In this document: positions 26,193 through 40,332 of the stretch, piece after piece
Layout: every line of letters begins with the position of its first letter
How positions within the stretch are numbered: position 1 is the stretch's first letter
Origin: Octopus bimaculoides
Lineage: Eukaryota
Reading direction: 5' to 3'
DNA length: 52,935 bases
Assembly (NCBI RefSeq): GCF_001194135.2
Contig: NC_068995.1
Span: 3,903,752 to 3,956,686 of the forward strand
The notes under the pieces: generated by a model
Databases searched by the model: none
Seen by the model: the letters and a program-made list of their open reading frames with translations, nothing else
What the model was told of the DNA's origin: nothing
Position numbers and translations under genes: made by a program

Positions 26193-27004
26193 NNNNNNNN
26201 NNNNNNNNNNNNNNNNNNNNNNNNNNNNNNNNNNNNNNNNNNNNNNNNNNNNNNNNNNNNNNNNNNNNNNNNNNNNNNNNNNNNNNNNNNNNNNNNNNNN
26301 NNNNNNNNNNNNNNNNNNNNNNNNNNNNNNNNNNNNNNNNNNNNNNNNNNNNNNNNNNNNNNNNNNNNNNNNNNNNNNNNNNNNNNNNNNNNNNNNNNNN
26401 NNNNNNNNNNNNNNNNNNNNNNNNNNNNNNNNNNNNNNNNNNNNNNNNNNNNNNNNNNNNNNNNNNNNNNNNNNNNNNNNNNNNNNNNNNNNNNNNNNNN
26501 NNNNNNNNNNNNNNNNNNNNNNNNNNNNNNNNNNNNNNNNNNNNNNNNNNNNNNNNNNNNNNNNNNNNNNNNNNNNNNNNNNNNNNNNNNNNNNNNNNNN
26601 NNNNNNNNNNNNNNNNNNNNNNNNNNNNNNNNNNNNNNNNNNNNNNNNNNNNNNNNNNNNNNNNNNNNNNNNNNNNNNNNNNNNNNNNNNNNNNNNNNNN
26701 NNNNNNNNNNNNNNNNNNNNNNNNNNNNNNNNNNNNNNNNNNNNNNNNNNNNNNNNNNNNNNNNNNNNNNNNNNNNNNNNNNNNNNNNNNNNNNNNNNNN
26801 NNNNNNNNNNNNNNNNNNNNNNNNNNNNNNNNNNNNNNNNNNNNNNNNNNNNNNNNNNNNNNNNNNNNNNNNNNNNNNNNNNNNNNNNNNNNNNNNNNNN
26901 NNNNNNNNNNNNNNNNNNNNNNGGAACCATGTGGTTGGGAAGCAAATTTCTCACCACACAGCCATTCATGCGCCTATATATATATATATGTATGAGTGTG
27001 CGTG

Positions 27005-27090
<86 letters not shown>

Positions 27091-28361
27091 AGTGTGTGTC
27101 TATGTGTCTGTGTGTATATACTTATCAATTATTAATGGAATGCTTATTGATTACTAATATCAAAAGAGGTCATCTTTATATCCAACTTAAGATGGATGCT
27201 TAGTTAGAATACAGAATACTGCGCTATAAGCCTTGAAAAATTCTCTCTTATAGGTTCTAGGTGCAACAAAGCACAGATAGAGATCGTAGCAGACGAAAAT
27301 CACCCACGAGACAGATTTCATCTGCTATGATCTATGCACGGGTGTTTTATGCACCAAACGCCTATAAGAGAGAATCAGCCAAGACTAGTAACACACAATA
27401 ATATATATTGTAAGCAGCAGTATTTTAAAGTTTGAGTTTTAAAACATTTGAAAACAATTTGCATCTTAAACGTGCCGCTCGGACATGCAGCAATGACATC
27501 GCTGGGGGATAAAGTAAATACCTATACAGTACAGGTATATCCCTCTGAAACAGGTAATACCTGTTCACGTAAGAGGAAAACATGCCATTTTGATTGCAAT
27601 TACACAAAAATTTTGCTAGCTTCAGAATTGAATCCTTTTTATATGAAATTATTTTAAATAATTTCTTTTCAGTTTGTTGTCTTCCATATTGCTGTTTTTT
27701 CATACTGTCGTTCTCTTTGGAATTGAATGTTTCAGCATATTTGAGACTCAGTCTTTGATTTTTGTATGTTCAGCTCAATGAAGAGAAATATTTAGCAGTT
27801 TCGTGTTGAGATAGAATTTTGAGGCGTTTATACATCTTTCCATAAACATCTCTGCCAAATATTAAATATTTCTGAGAGGAACGTGGGGCGAGAATCCTCA
27901 GGAACGTTTCCCTTAGGCTCTTTTCAGAAGCGAACGTTATTAGAATTTCCGGATGGATTTCCAAGCATCAACACTTAAGATTACGGTTATTATCCAACCA
28001 TTTCGCTCTTGGTACACACCTTTAATACCATTATATATCGCTGTGTATTTAGCTACGTGTGATTAAATATACAGTGTTATAACAAGAATAGCTGTGAATG
28101 TCATTAGTTTTAGCACGTACAAAACAGAATTATGTATCTCTATATATAGAAGTGAATTGCGACCTTGTACTTACACGTCTTTTGTTTATGAGCATCGCGT
28201 TGCTTGGCTGATCACAATTTATGAATAATACATGTGTTGAATTCAGGTTTCTTCAACTTTTGAAGACGCACATATATTCTTACCTGCTCTGCATAAGCAT
28301 GTATGTATGTGTGCATGTATGTATGTATGTATGTATGTATGTATGTAGGTATGTATGTAGG

Positions 28362-28404
<43 letters not shown>

Positions 28405-29236
28405 NNNNNNNNNNNNNNNNNNNNNNNNNNNNNNNNNNNNNNNNNNNNNNNNNNNNNNNNNNNNNNNNNNNNNNNNNNNNNNNNNNNNNNNNNNNNNNNN
28501 NNNNNNNNNNNNNNNNNNNNNNNNNNNNNNNNNNNNNNNNNNNNNNNNNNNNNNNNNNNNNNNNNNNNNNNNNNNNNNNNNNNNNNNNNNNNNNNNNNNN
28601 NNNNNNNNNNNNNNNNNNNNNNNNNNNNNNNNNNNNNNNNNNNNNNNNNNNNNNNNNNNNNNNNNNNNNNNNNNNNNNNNNNNNNNNNNNNNNNNNNNNN
28701 NNNNNNNNNNNNNNNNNNNNNNNNNNNNNNNNNNNNNNNNNNNNNNNNNNNNNNNNNNNNNNNNNNNNNNNNNNNNNNNNNNNNNNNNNNNNNNNNNNNN
28801 NNNNNNNNNNNNNNNNNNNNNNNNNNNNNNNNNNNNNNNNNNNNNNNNNNNNNNNNNNNNNNNNNNNNNNNNNNNNNNNNNNNNNNNNNNNNNNNNNNNN
28901 NNNNNNNNNNNNNNNNNNNNNNNNNNNNNNNNNNNNNNNNNNNNNNNNNNNNNNNNNNNNNNNNNNNNNNNNNNNNNNNNNNNNNNNNNNNNNNNNNNNN
29001 NNNNNNNNNNNNNNNNNNNNNNNNNNNNNNNNNNNNNNNNNNNNNNNNNNNNNNNNNNNNNNNNNNNNNNNNNNNNNNNNNNNNNNNNNNNNNNNNNNNN
29101 NNNNNNTATATATATGCCCTTGTACTGTGTGATGGGGTGTGGTGTGAGTGTTGATGGGACGGCTATCATCTCTCAGGATGAAGTAATCAATCATCATGAT
29201 ATGTATGTTGTATGTGTGTATATATAAATATATATA

Positions 29237-29272
<36 letters not shown>

Positions 29273-31059
29273 CGTTTTGCAAATGGAGAGTTGTTATTTT
29301 AATTTATATATTTTAAATTACATTACTATTTATATTATTATTATTATTATTGAGTGAGAGAGCAGTGCATGTAAATACATTTACAGAGAAATATAATAAG
29401 GGCGTCCCCGAAACCACTTCGATACAGACTTCATGTTTTTAAGTGATCTGTAAAAAATTCAGGTTTATTTGTGTTCTAAACACCAGCTTTAATAACCACA
29501 TAATTATGTTACTAAATTCTTCATTATGTTTACAATTAATTGAAACAAAAGCAGTGTATTTCAACGGAATCATGATAATGAAAGAGGTAAATTGTAATAA
29601 GTATCCTCTCTAAATACCAGAAGTTATATGAGGAACAAATTTCACATCAATCTCTTTAAACTTAACTCATTCGAAACTTTGTTTATCATTTCATTTGTGC
29701 TTTCTTTCTAACTATCCTATTGTTGTTAGTTATGTGGGATCTATTTATTTGTTTCCATCGTTTAATATACATACATACACGCACACACATATGTATATAT
29801 ATATATATATATATATNNNNNNNNNNNNNNNNNNNNNNNNNNNNNNNNNNNNNNNNNNNNNNNNNNNNNNNNNNNNNNNNNNNNNNNNNNNNNNNNNNNN
29901 NNNNNNNNNNNNNNNNNNNNNNNNNNNNNNNNNNNNNNNNNNNNNNNNNNNNNNNNNNNATATCCAGAAGGAAAGCAATGGATGGAAAAGGAAGAAATAG
30001 AGCATTCATTTTTACTTTCTCTCCTTCCCTCTGTATCTGTTTCGAATTCTCTCAATTTCTCTTCGTCTAGATTGCTGTACAATGAGATACATAAAGGAGA
30101 GTGTGATCTCTACCATTCTTTGCAACCTTCTACGCTCTATTCAAAGTTCCGTTCCATTACCCTTTCCACGGTTAAAATAAATAATAAACAAATAAGTATG
30201 CGTATATATTTTTGCATACGTGATTATTTATTCCATTCAACTTAAGTATTGTGTGTGTGAAAGTCAACTTCTAGGTTTATCGACTCACAAACACATTAAC
30301 AACGGCTAACAAAATATCGATAACGACGACGGGTACACAACACAAAGTAAACATCCATTTAGATAGAGTATAAATCGTAGATCGGGTGGTATGTTTGATA
30401 ACCTTTGATTTTTTGTAAATTCTATAATATTGAATAGCATAAAGCAACCATTAAAGCTTGGTATGGATTATGTAGGAGCTACATGATGGCCTGTATTAAT
30501 TCAAACCGCGCAGGAATGTATTTGACAAACTAAACTATATAAGTGAAAGATCGAAACCAGTTCAATTCTAGTTTCCAATAGATAATTCTGTCTATTCCAA
30601 AATAAAAATAAAACATTGCCAATTATTCTACGAGATAAACAAAAACAACTTGAGGAGGAAAGTAACACGTGATTGATAGCAACAATGAGCTGTATTAATG
30701 ATAGGAGCAAAATTTAGACATCCTATTGAGCCAGGAATTACACAGAGAAAGTCTCTCTCAACATTTCTAAAGAGAAAAACATTTCACTGATCAGCATAGA
30801 TAAGACATGGTTACGCGGTGAACTAATTCATCGGCACAACAAATGATGGCTTCATTCTTATTGTATGAAGCGACATCTATTTTAATGAATTTCCCTAGTG
30901 AAAAACATTTCAATGTTACTGGAAGAGTAAAGTTTAGTGGACAGTACTATCTCTATTCGCTTTATTATCTCTTTTCAAGAGAAGAAAACTAACATGTCAC
31001 GGGAAAAATTATAAAAGATTAATGGTAGTAAAAAGCCGGACCTCTGTCTAAATCAAGTA

Positions 31060-31800
31060 CTAAAAGTGCGAAAATGGCTGTCACTATTTCTGACTATCAG
31101 CAACTTTTGGCTGTTAAGAGCTGGGACCTGGCTGTGTGTACTATATTCTCACTTCACAACAGATGTTGGTTTGTTCCTCACCAAGCAAAACCTCAACAGC
31201 TTGAATGAAATTTCCCCAAGACTATCACAATCGCGAAGTAAAACCTAGATTCTACTTATCGCCTCTTCATTACTCTCTCTTACAACCGCGAAAGAGCTTA
31301 TCTTTACAATATCTACCTTACTCGTTAAAATTACCTTAGTCCCAAACTCCATCTTCATTGCTTGTAACTGTTCACCGAACTAATTGAATCAGCGTGGCTC
31401 TCTTAGATGCTCTCGCTCACTACCTTATCAAAAAACCATCATTATCTCTAGACCATTACTTTCCTTTGCATCCTACGCCCAAATATGTTTGATTTCATTC
31501 GCCATGATGCCCCATCCATCAACACTACTGCCACACTTACCTATTTATTTCACCTCCCAATGTTAGGACTTTGTCTCCCTTCTCATTCTACTTGTCGCTT
31601 AATCGATTCAGTGATGCCTACAATTTCTGGGTTCTAACCCGGAAACCGTAGCCATCCCCAGTGATTACAGCCAACGACCTACGAGCAGTAACAACATGTA
31701 CAATTGAACCAATCTAAATCGAGTGTATTGAGCGTGGTATCCTTTTAAGAAGGCACCTGAAGAAATACATCTTCACCGAAAGATGAAACACAATCAGCTG
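31060..31800 (+). mobile_element. Possible degenerate Penelope-like element remnant
   Basis: GC-richer island with weak RT-like fragments (LYSHFTTDVG resembling Y.RYIDD; FPLHPT resembling LT.HP) and a cctgaagaa..ccgaaa terminal-type motif at about 31757. Confidence 0.3.
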
Positions 31801-32354
31801 TATATTATCTTACCCGCAAGGAACCGATTCAAAAAGGGTCAAAACGATCGCTGTGATGAATAGACATTCTCATAAATTCCATTGTTTCCTCATACACACA
31901 CACACACACACACACAAACACGCACACACACACACGCACACACACACACAGAAACACACACACAACTAAATTATTAATGTGACTATTCGTTATTTGCAAT
32001 AGAAATGCAACAAGTATAGCCGTCACTAAAGTGAGAGAGGCTGCTAGTCAGCACCGGAATTGCTAGAAATAAGAGTCAAAACAACTCTTAACCACGTGAG
32101 ACCATTTTTCTAACGACTGACAAGGGAGACAATCTCCCTCCCTACGGCAAGCGTGATGGAGTCATATCAGCGCTGAATTCAGATTTGATTAATCTTCATC
32201 AGTGATGCATTATTCCGCTGCCGAGGGTTAAAGAACTTAACTCACTTTGTCAGTCTTATAGAGAACATCATAGGAAACATTGACTGATTCCGAAAATGGT
32301 GAAGTGAGAATTAGAAACGATTAAGGTGGCTATTCACAATTTCAATCTCCCTGT

Positions 32355-32570
32355 GAGGACGCATGGCTCAGTGGTTAGAGTGTTGGATCTCGCGAGATCG
32401 TGATTTCAATTCTTAGACTGATTGGTGCGTTGTGTTCTTGCGCAAAAGACTTCATCTCACGTTGGTCTGGGAATCACTTCGACACCTAACATAGTGCACC
32501 CGTTCAGACAAAGTTGATTTGGTGGAAAGCGTGATTTGACGAACACTGCTTTATTATAAACAAATCATTT
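32355..32570 (+). mobile_element. SINE family 2 copy
   Basis: gcatggctcagtggttagagtgttgg..atttcaattc..gcgttgtgttcttgcgcaaaagacttcatctcacgttg. Confidence 0.65.
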
Positions 32571-32639
32571 ATGTATGTCGTTCGGCAAAAGGTGAACGTT
32601 CATACTTTGTCTTCGGCGGGAGGATCCATCATACATAGT

Positions 32640-32690
<51 letters not shown>

Positions 32691-33809
32691 TTATTATTTC
32701 TAGGGATTATCTCAAATACAAACAGTAATTCCAATGGATTAGAAATTACCTACCATTAAATGGTTTACTATCCTCGCGATAATATTTTGTATCTATAACC
32801 CAGAATATCATTTAAACGAGAAAAATATTTTTTGACGTGTTTTAGGGGATAGAAATAGAAAAGTGATAATATTTGCCTTATACCCAAGCTGAATGTATTT
32901 TTTTAAACGTGTCCAAAAACGAATAATTACGTTTGAATAAAATTTATATAGAAATCAATTAACAACGAGTGGACGTTTTAGTTCATAGAGTAGACATTAT
33001 TGGAAAATGTAACACATACAATTATTCTACTGTGGAATATATTGAAATTATTGGCGGCAACTTCAGTAATTTAGAGCACAACCACAATTACCGCACATTT
33101 AATTCTATACCGCCATGTTTTCAATCAATCCCTTCTAAAGCGTGTTCTATCATTGTATACAAATATCACGTCTGCTAATCAACAATGATACTCTAGTATT
33201 GCTTTTTCATTAAAAATTACATATATTATAACGATGAATCATGGAGTTTGAATAATAAGGAAATACATGACAATGGAGATTTTCGTTATAAACAAGGAGC
33301 ATATTTGATGAATATTTGATGAAATTCATTTAAGAGCATTAGGCATTTTGAATTAGAAATATATATATACATAAATTGCATTAACTGTGTATTCTGCATG
33401 CACATACACGTATATATATATATATATATATTTCCACGCTCTTAAACTTTATTCCCATTCATCTATCACATTATATTTTTCTACTCACAATTTTCTGTTA
33501 ATTTCTTTCTTTCTCCTCCTTCTCCTTCTCTTATTTACTTTTGACGTTAAATCTATTAACGGTTTTCCTTTTTAAAAAATAATAGCTTGCTAGCGTTATT
33601 CTTACATCATATAATTACGTACGCCGTAATCATATTCGGTTAAAATGGCTTATTGGTGTGTTTTGTTCCTGTTTTTTCCCTGACGAGATGATTCCATTTT
33701 TTACATCACTTTTATTCCGTTCCGAATAATCTCAATGCCTTTTTCGAAACATATGTTGGAAGTATAAATGATATTAATAACACCTGCGTTTGACTCCATT
33801 CCTTAATTT

Positions 33810-34165
33810 ATATATATATATACACGCACGCGCGTAAAAGGCTTGATGTGAGCGTAAATCCAGCCTTCCATGTCGTTATTGGTTACTGAATGAAGAAGAG
33901 ATTTGTATATGAATTAAATTGCTCCCGGTTTTTGGTAAATTACTTTCTGTTATTGCTTACATCCTTCAGAGAATATTTTGAAGCTTAGTCACGGAGCAAT
34001 ACAATTATATATATATATACACGCACGCGCGTAAAAGGCTTGATGTGAGCGTAAATCCAGCCTTCCATGTCGTTATTGGTTACTGAATGAAGAAGAGATT
34101 TGTATATGAATTAAATTGCTCCCGGTTTTTGGTAAATTACTTTCTGTTATTGCTTACATCCTTCA
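33810..34165. repeat. Direct duplication of ~160 bp with a 197-bp period, second copy truncated by an N-gap
   Basis: 33823-33968 appears identical to 34020-34165 by eye; both are preceded by (TA)n. Confidence 0.9.
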
Positions 34166-34243
34166 NNNNNNNNNNNNNNNNNNNNNNNNNNNNNNNNNNN
34201 NNNNNNNNNNNNNNNNNNNNNNNNNNNNNNNNNNNNNNNNNNN

Positions 34244-34285
<42 letters not shown>

Positions 34286-35354
34286 CATGTGTATATGTAT
34301 ATCTTCCGCCAGATCACTGTATATGCACCACCCAGCCATCAGAAGTATGTTCAAGATGCTATTTATATGTACCGTTTTGTGTACCATTAAACATTTCGAA
34401 AGTTACGTAGAACAGATCCAATATTTTTAACTACAAATTTGGCGATACCTGATAAGAGACGTTCTTATTTAACTTATGCCATACGTATGCGATTTAAAAG
34501 AATGTGTAAAGTGAAAAGCGCCTACCACTTCGTAAAACAATCAACTTAATTATAACAAAAGATGGTCACGTCTAAGAAATTACCGAAGTTTCCGAAAATT
34601 GTGTAGACGAAGTGTCTACTTTAATATATATACAATTATGTAGGCGTCAATTAACTTGTTCCATTCATTATTGAATAAAGGGTTTTAATATCCCTACTAT
34701 AAGCTAAGCTGTTCGTTGATATTCCATTAATTAATTAAGAACGGTATAATTATATCATTTCTTGTTCGAACTATTTCATGCAAAATAATTAGTTTCGAAG
34801 CCGTTGAATGCACAATAACATCACTCTATTGATCACATACAAAATTCCAGTTCTTAAATGGGCTACTCATCTGGTAATGCCGTTCGAAATATTTAAAATT
34901 CTTCCTGTTAAATTCCACAACGGTCTATCGTTAGTCACACGTGGAAAATAATCTTAGATGGCTGTCAACGAATTGCCTGACATTTGCCATTCCTTTTAGA
35001 CTTGGAACAATTGAAAGAAATGGTGTCTAAATTAAACTACAAGGCAGTAAAGTGTAAAATCTAGGCCAATTCATGAGAATATTGTTACTATCCGGCGTAA
35101 TTTCAGACATGTGTTAAACGTTTGCTCGACTGTTTAAACTTGCGATATTCATATCTACCTCGTGACCACGTGTCCTCCATCCACTTATTTCGGCCTGCAT
35201 GATTCCACCAAGGGCGCTCTTTGCCGAGTGTCCGAGGCGGCAGATACGTTTACAATAAAAAATAGAAATAAAATCTAGAGTACTTAGAGCGAGCGCCACC
35301 AGCTTGCACACATAAAGCATGGAATGATGCAAAGATTGCGTCACTGGTATATTA

Positions 35355-35570
35355 TATTGGTTTCAAATTTCGACACAAGTCTATTACTTTCGATGGAGGA
35401 GGCAAGTCAATTACGTCGACCCCAGTACTCAACTGGTACTCATTTTATCGACCGCGGAAGGATGAAAGTTAAAGTCGACCTCGCTGGAATTTGAACTCAG
35501 GATATAAAGATGGACGAAATGCCGCTAAGTATTTTGCCCGGCGTGCTAATGATTCTGCTAGCTCGCAGCC
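35355..35570 (-). mobile_element. SINE family 1 copy abutting the left mariner TIR
   Basis: Full consensus from attggtttcaaattt to ctgctagctcgcagcc. Confidence 0.8.
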
Positions 35571-35571
35571 T

Positions 35572-36451
35572 GATATCAAAAAGTTTCCGGACTAGTTCTA
35601 TAATGCGTCAAAAGATGGCAGCACAACATTGCGTGCGCAGTGAGAGCTAGCAGCGACCTTCATTAGGCAGTGTACCGCGTGACATCGCTGTGCTTATTTC
35701 GCAAATTGTGAAATCTGTTTCTGTGATCACGTGTAAGCTGTTGTCTGCGAATTTTGTCATGGACAGGAAGTTGGAACAAAATGCCAACGTGATATTTTGC
35801 GTTAAACTTGGGAAGTCTGCTACAGACATTGAGCATGCTCTGAGAAGCTTACGGCGATGAGGAAATGGGTCATATGCAATGTTTCGAGTGACATGAGCGC
35901 ATCAAAAGCGAGCGGCAGACCCGCATTCTCATCGCTCTTTTCGACATCCGCGGTATTGTGCATTGAGATTTCGTAACCCAGGGCCAGACTGTCAATCGAG
36001 AGTTCTACGTTTTGAAGCATTTGTGGAATGGCATTCCGCGAAAGCAACTGGATCTGAGGAGCGCGAAGTATTGAATTCTTCATGACGATAATGAACCTTG
36101 TCACAGAGATCTCTTTACTTGTGAGTTTGTCGCCAAAAACATGGAATCGCTCCCGCACCCCAACCCTATTCGCCAGATATAGCAGCTGCGGACTTCAATC
36201 TCCTCCCTCAGATGAAAATTCAGATCAAATGTCGCCGTTTGAGCACCGTTGTGAAGATCAAGAGAGAATCTCAAAAGGTCTTCCACTCTTTTACGGAAAA
36301 CGTCTTCGAGACCGGATTCCAAAAATGGCAGGAATGATGAGACTGGTGTATTGCTGCGCAAGGCCATTATTTCGAAGGAGATGCTGTTCAAATTTAGACA
36401 AAGATATTTTTAAACATAACTAGTCCGAGAAATTTTTGATACCACTTCGTA
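35572..36451 (+). mobile_element. Degenerate, internally deleted mariner (Tc1/mariner) transposon with pseudogenised transposase
   Basis: Inverted termini gatatcaaaaagtttccggactagtt (35572) and aactagtccgagaaatttttgataccacttcgta (ends 36451). Frameshifted translation from about 35759 gives MDRKLEQNANVIFCVKLGKSAT..EAYGDEEMGHMQCFE*HERIK, then LIALFDIRGIVH*DFVTQGQTVNREFY..ILHDDNEPCHR..LPHP/PYSPDIAAADF..CIAAQGHYFEGD, i.e. HDNA- and YSPDLAP-like mariner motifs. Confidence 0.9.
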
Positions 36452-39309
36452 TATCATGTTAGAAGGTATGTGACAATATTGATTATCTTGCGGTTTTAAC
36501 AGAAAACGCTTTCCCATGCTATCGCACAGTGGGATCGAACCAGGAACTTACGCGACTGCGCGGCGATCTTCATAAGCACACCGTTGTTCCTGCATTCAAT
36601 TGAATGATTAATAAATACACATCTCAATGAGAAACACAATACAACCTTTTTCTTGTTTTTGCCTAAGTATTTCTTGAATGTTAAAGAAAAGATTTTGACT
36701 CGTTGGTAAATATCCGTTGCAAACAATGGAAATTCTACGTTAGATTTTTGGAATAATTGTTGTTGTCTTGTATGTGTGGTGAGGTTGTTTGTGTTTTGTA
36801 CTTGTAACTCTTATAATAAAAACCACTGCTTTTGACAATATGGTATACTAAAATCAATCTTAATGATAATGTCTGCATAACTCAAACATACTGGAATCGA
36901 TATCTATATTCCGAAATATCATATCGTTGAAAAATAAATATTGACAACGTTATTAAATGAACGTAACTTCGACAAAACTTTTAGTATTTCATTAAAAAAT
37001 AAATAAATGCATCTCGATACATTCAGAGTTCGATTATGGCTGGGTTTTTTTTTGTTTTTTTTTTCACATTCTATTCACTCACTAAAGATATATAATATTT
37101 CATTTTTTTTAATTATCATTTTCAATTGATTTCTGATAAATTGTATGGATTGCGATATTAATTTCAGATAAATCAGAAAGGGGAATATACTAACGGGTAA
37201 GTCTTTCTTCTGATGTCAAAAAAAATGGAATAAAAGGAATCTAAACCGTTTACCTTTCTCTCCTCTCTCTCTTTCTCTCTCTATGTTCCTTTAAGTCTCT
37301 CTCATACTCACACACAAAGACGCATACACAAACGCACGTGCGCATGCAGACGTACACACACACACACACACACACACACTCACGTGTGCATATGTATATA
37401 TATATATGTTATGGTGTTTCTAGAGCCAGAAATATATGTGCACCTGGCATAAATGCTTTTTGTGCGATGAGCTTATCATTGAGTGGGTGATTGCTAATCT
37501 GACATCAAATGCATAACGAAATGGGAAGATTAACACATTTCATTCCATTGTATTATTCTGTAAAATCAGTCTACCTGTCCAACGTTAGCGAACAGGTAAC
37601 CAGAAACATCAGCAGACACAAACGCGCTTACTCCTCAATCAAATCTACATATGATTGCTCACAGATTACTAAACGGGATACTAACATGTTACAGCTCTCA
37701 GGTAAACTTTAAGTTCTTTTTAAGAACGAATATCTACTCTTTTAAAAGCAATAGGAAGATATAACAGAAAATCTCACTTCTAATTGGCATATAATATTGA
37801 TGCTAGAATTATTGATGTATTTAACTGTTCTCCTATCAACGACATCGACATAATTTTCCCGAGAGAGCAGTAGCTATTCAACATGAACAAATTAAAAGTA
37901 AGCTATAGCTGCGTATAGCTTTGGGTCAATGTCATCAAAGTCCATCCAAGCCTGAAAGCAAAACACAAGCAATACAAACATACAAACATAACATACAAAC
38001 ATGCATTCACACATATGCATATACATATGCACACACACACACACACACATAGACACACATATGTATGTGTGCGTATGTATATGCATATGTATATATATAT
38101 AAATATGAGACATAGATAGATAGATATTGATATATACATACGTGCATGCATATATGCATATGAATGCACGTATGTATTTCATGCTACAAGACTCGTGGCA
38201 TAATCCTTCTGAACATTTAAAATCAACCTCGTGCACATATGTGTGTACATGCGTGCGCGTGTACGTGAATATGTGTTTGAGCGTATGCAGATGTGTTTAT
38301 ATATGTGTGTGTTCGTGTGTACATGTGCACATATGGGTGCGTGCAAGTGAGTGATAGACACTGGCTATGAATCATTGCAGACTTGTCACACTAACGCTGA
38401 TCGCAACACTTTCGCAAACATAAATGAATACAATCACAAATCACAAGGCAATTAAAATAACCTCCAAACAAATTCAACCTAATTGAGATTTTTCTTTTTC
38501 TAATTAAAGAATGCCATCATACCCTAACCCAATGTCTTTATCAAACGAGTACTAAATAAATTACAGATTAATTTTCACTGGAAAACGTTTATTGAACAAG
38601 TGTCGAAACATCTTTAATGAGATTACGGTAATCCTCTGCAAATACAAAACCCAGCTACTTTCTTAACGTTCTTTTTACAATGAAATAATCTACTTTTTCA
38701 TTGAGAAGTCTTGTTATAACATTTTAGGATGCAGTCAATCCATACATTGAATGGAAACGATGAGAAAGATTCTTCATTGTAAATCGTAGAGCTTTGTTTA
38801 ACCTGTTTAACCTGTTCTATGTTATTCATCTCGTAGCGGGTGTCCCCCATCCAATGTAAATGTGGTGATTGAACGGTATATGATTTCACCAATCATATAC
38901 CGTTGTCTCCTTAAAATCAGGCGCTGAAGCAATGGATTACCAATCTTTTCGTTCAGTAGCAGACACTGATCTCTACATGCATATGTGTTTCGAGTCCAGA
39001 CCTCGCGTATGGCACAACTTGCTTCTTTCCTTGACGTCTCCTGAAATACCACACCCGCGTGAAACAAGCTATCGTTACTTTGAGACAGACTTTCGTCGTC
39101 CATAAATAAACGAAGCGTTGCAGACTTAAGACAAATGGTGACTTGAATTCCAATTTAAAACAAAATAACTTTGTGTTCAATCAATATAAAGCATAAACAT
39201 TCATTTATCTGTTTTGATTTGTGTTTTATTCACTAATAAATTTGTTCCGAGATTAAAATACTTTGCTTCGAGATTATTTCGATTTTTACTCAGAAGATGT
39301 GGCTCGATG

Positions 39310-39868
39310 TCCGCAAAAATAATCTGGACGAGTGACACATTTCAGTGGGGTTTATTTCTGGGTGGGGAATAATGGGAAGAACGAGGGAGACGTTTAGAAG
39401 ATAAGACAGGGTAGTATGGTTGGAAGGGAGTAGAGTAGTGTTTCGTATAAAGATGAGTGGAGGGAGAGTGGGTATAATTAAAGGGGACGCAGTCCTTTGT
39501 AATGCCAGAAGAACTGAATTTGTACATCTGTGAATCAGACGTTACAGCATGTTGCTGAGGGAAATTTTGCTAAACATCTAAATGTCTTTCTTTTAAATAC
39601 GGCGTCGAATATTCGAGAGGGTAGCAGCTGCAGCCCACCCACATAGGTTAGAGGATCTGAGTGACACGTACATATATTGTGTCTGTGTGTGTACGTGCGT
39701 ACGTGCGTATATGTGTATCTGTGTGTGTGCGGGCACGCGTGTGTGTATGTGTGTGTATGAGTGTGTGTGTTTGTGCCTGTGTGTACATGTGCGTTTTTCT
39801 GTGTGTGAGTACGTGTGTGTGTACGAGTGTGTGTAAGTGTGTGCGTATGTGTGTGTATGTGTGTGTGT

Positions 39869-39901
<33 letters not shown>

Positions 39902-40250
39902 AGTGAGTGAGTGTGTAGCAACATCTCAGTCAGTATGTCTGAGTTGCCCTCCAGTGTAAGTCTCGTTGAACTTTGCAGAGGGTTGGCTAAAGATTACCGC
40001 AACCCCAGCAGAATGAATTCAGAGACAGGCATTAAAGGTCAAGTATCTCTCCTACTAATAAAACACACGACCTGTAATCAACGACCTCAGGGATAGTGAT
40101 ACAGCACACTCTCCATTCGGCTCTCTTTGCCGACCACGTTTTTCTTATCATCTGCATAGTGCCTACCTCAACACCCACTAGGTTTCAGACATCGGTGCCC
40201 TTTTTCCTTCATCCAGCTATCAACATGTGACTATATAAGAACAATATAAG
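39310..40250 (-). mobile_element. Possible degenerate Penelope-like remnant interrupted by a (GT)-rich microsatellite
   Basis: Minus-strand fragment DCVPFNYTHSP resembles R.P.VLT.HP; GC-richer than the flanks; no intact ORF. Confidence 0.25.
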
Positions 40251-40293
40251 CCACATGTATGTATGTATGTATGTATGTATGTATGTATGTATG

Positions 40294-40332
<39 letters not shown>

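Noticed and set aside
27254-27330. + strand acceptor with GSRCNKAQIEIVADENHPRDRFHLL*
   Set aside because: In-frame stop before any donor; the DRF resemblance to TRPC loops is too short to be meaningful.
38822-39103. 93-aa minus-strand ORF MDDESLSQ..
   Set aside because: No recognisable motif or convincing splice signals; length is compatible with chance in a GC-richer patch.
38963-39105. + strand frame DTDLYMHMCFESRPRVWHNLL.. after an AG, resembling TRPC4/5 SRPR..W..WHP
   Set aside because: The similarity is limited to about 6 residues, no S4 motif follows, there is no good donor, and the frame ends at TAA.
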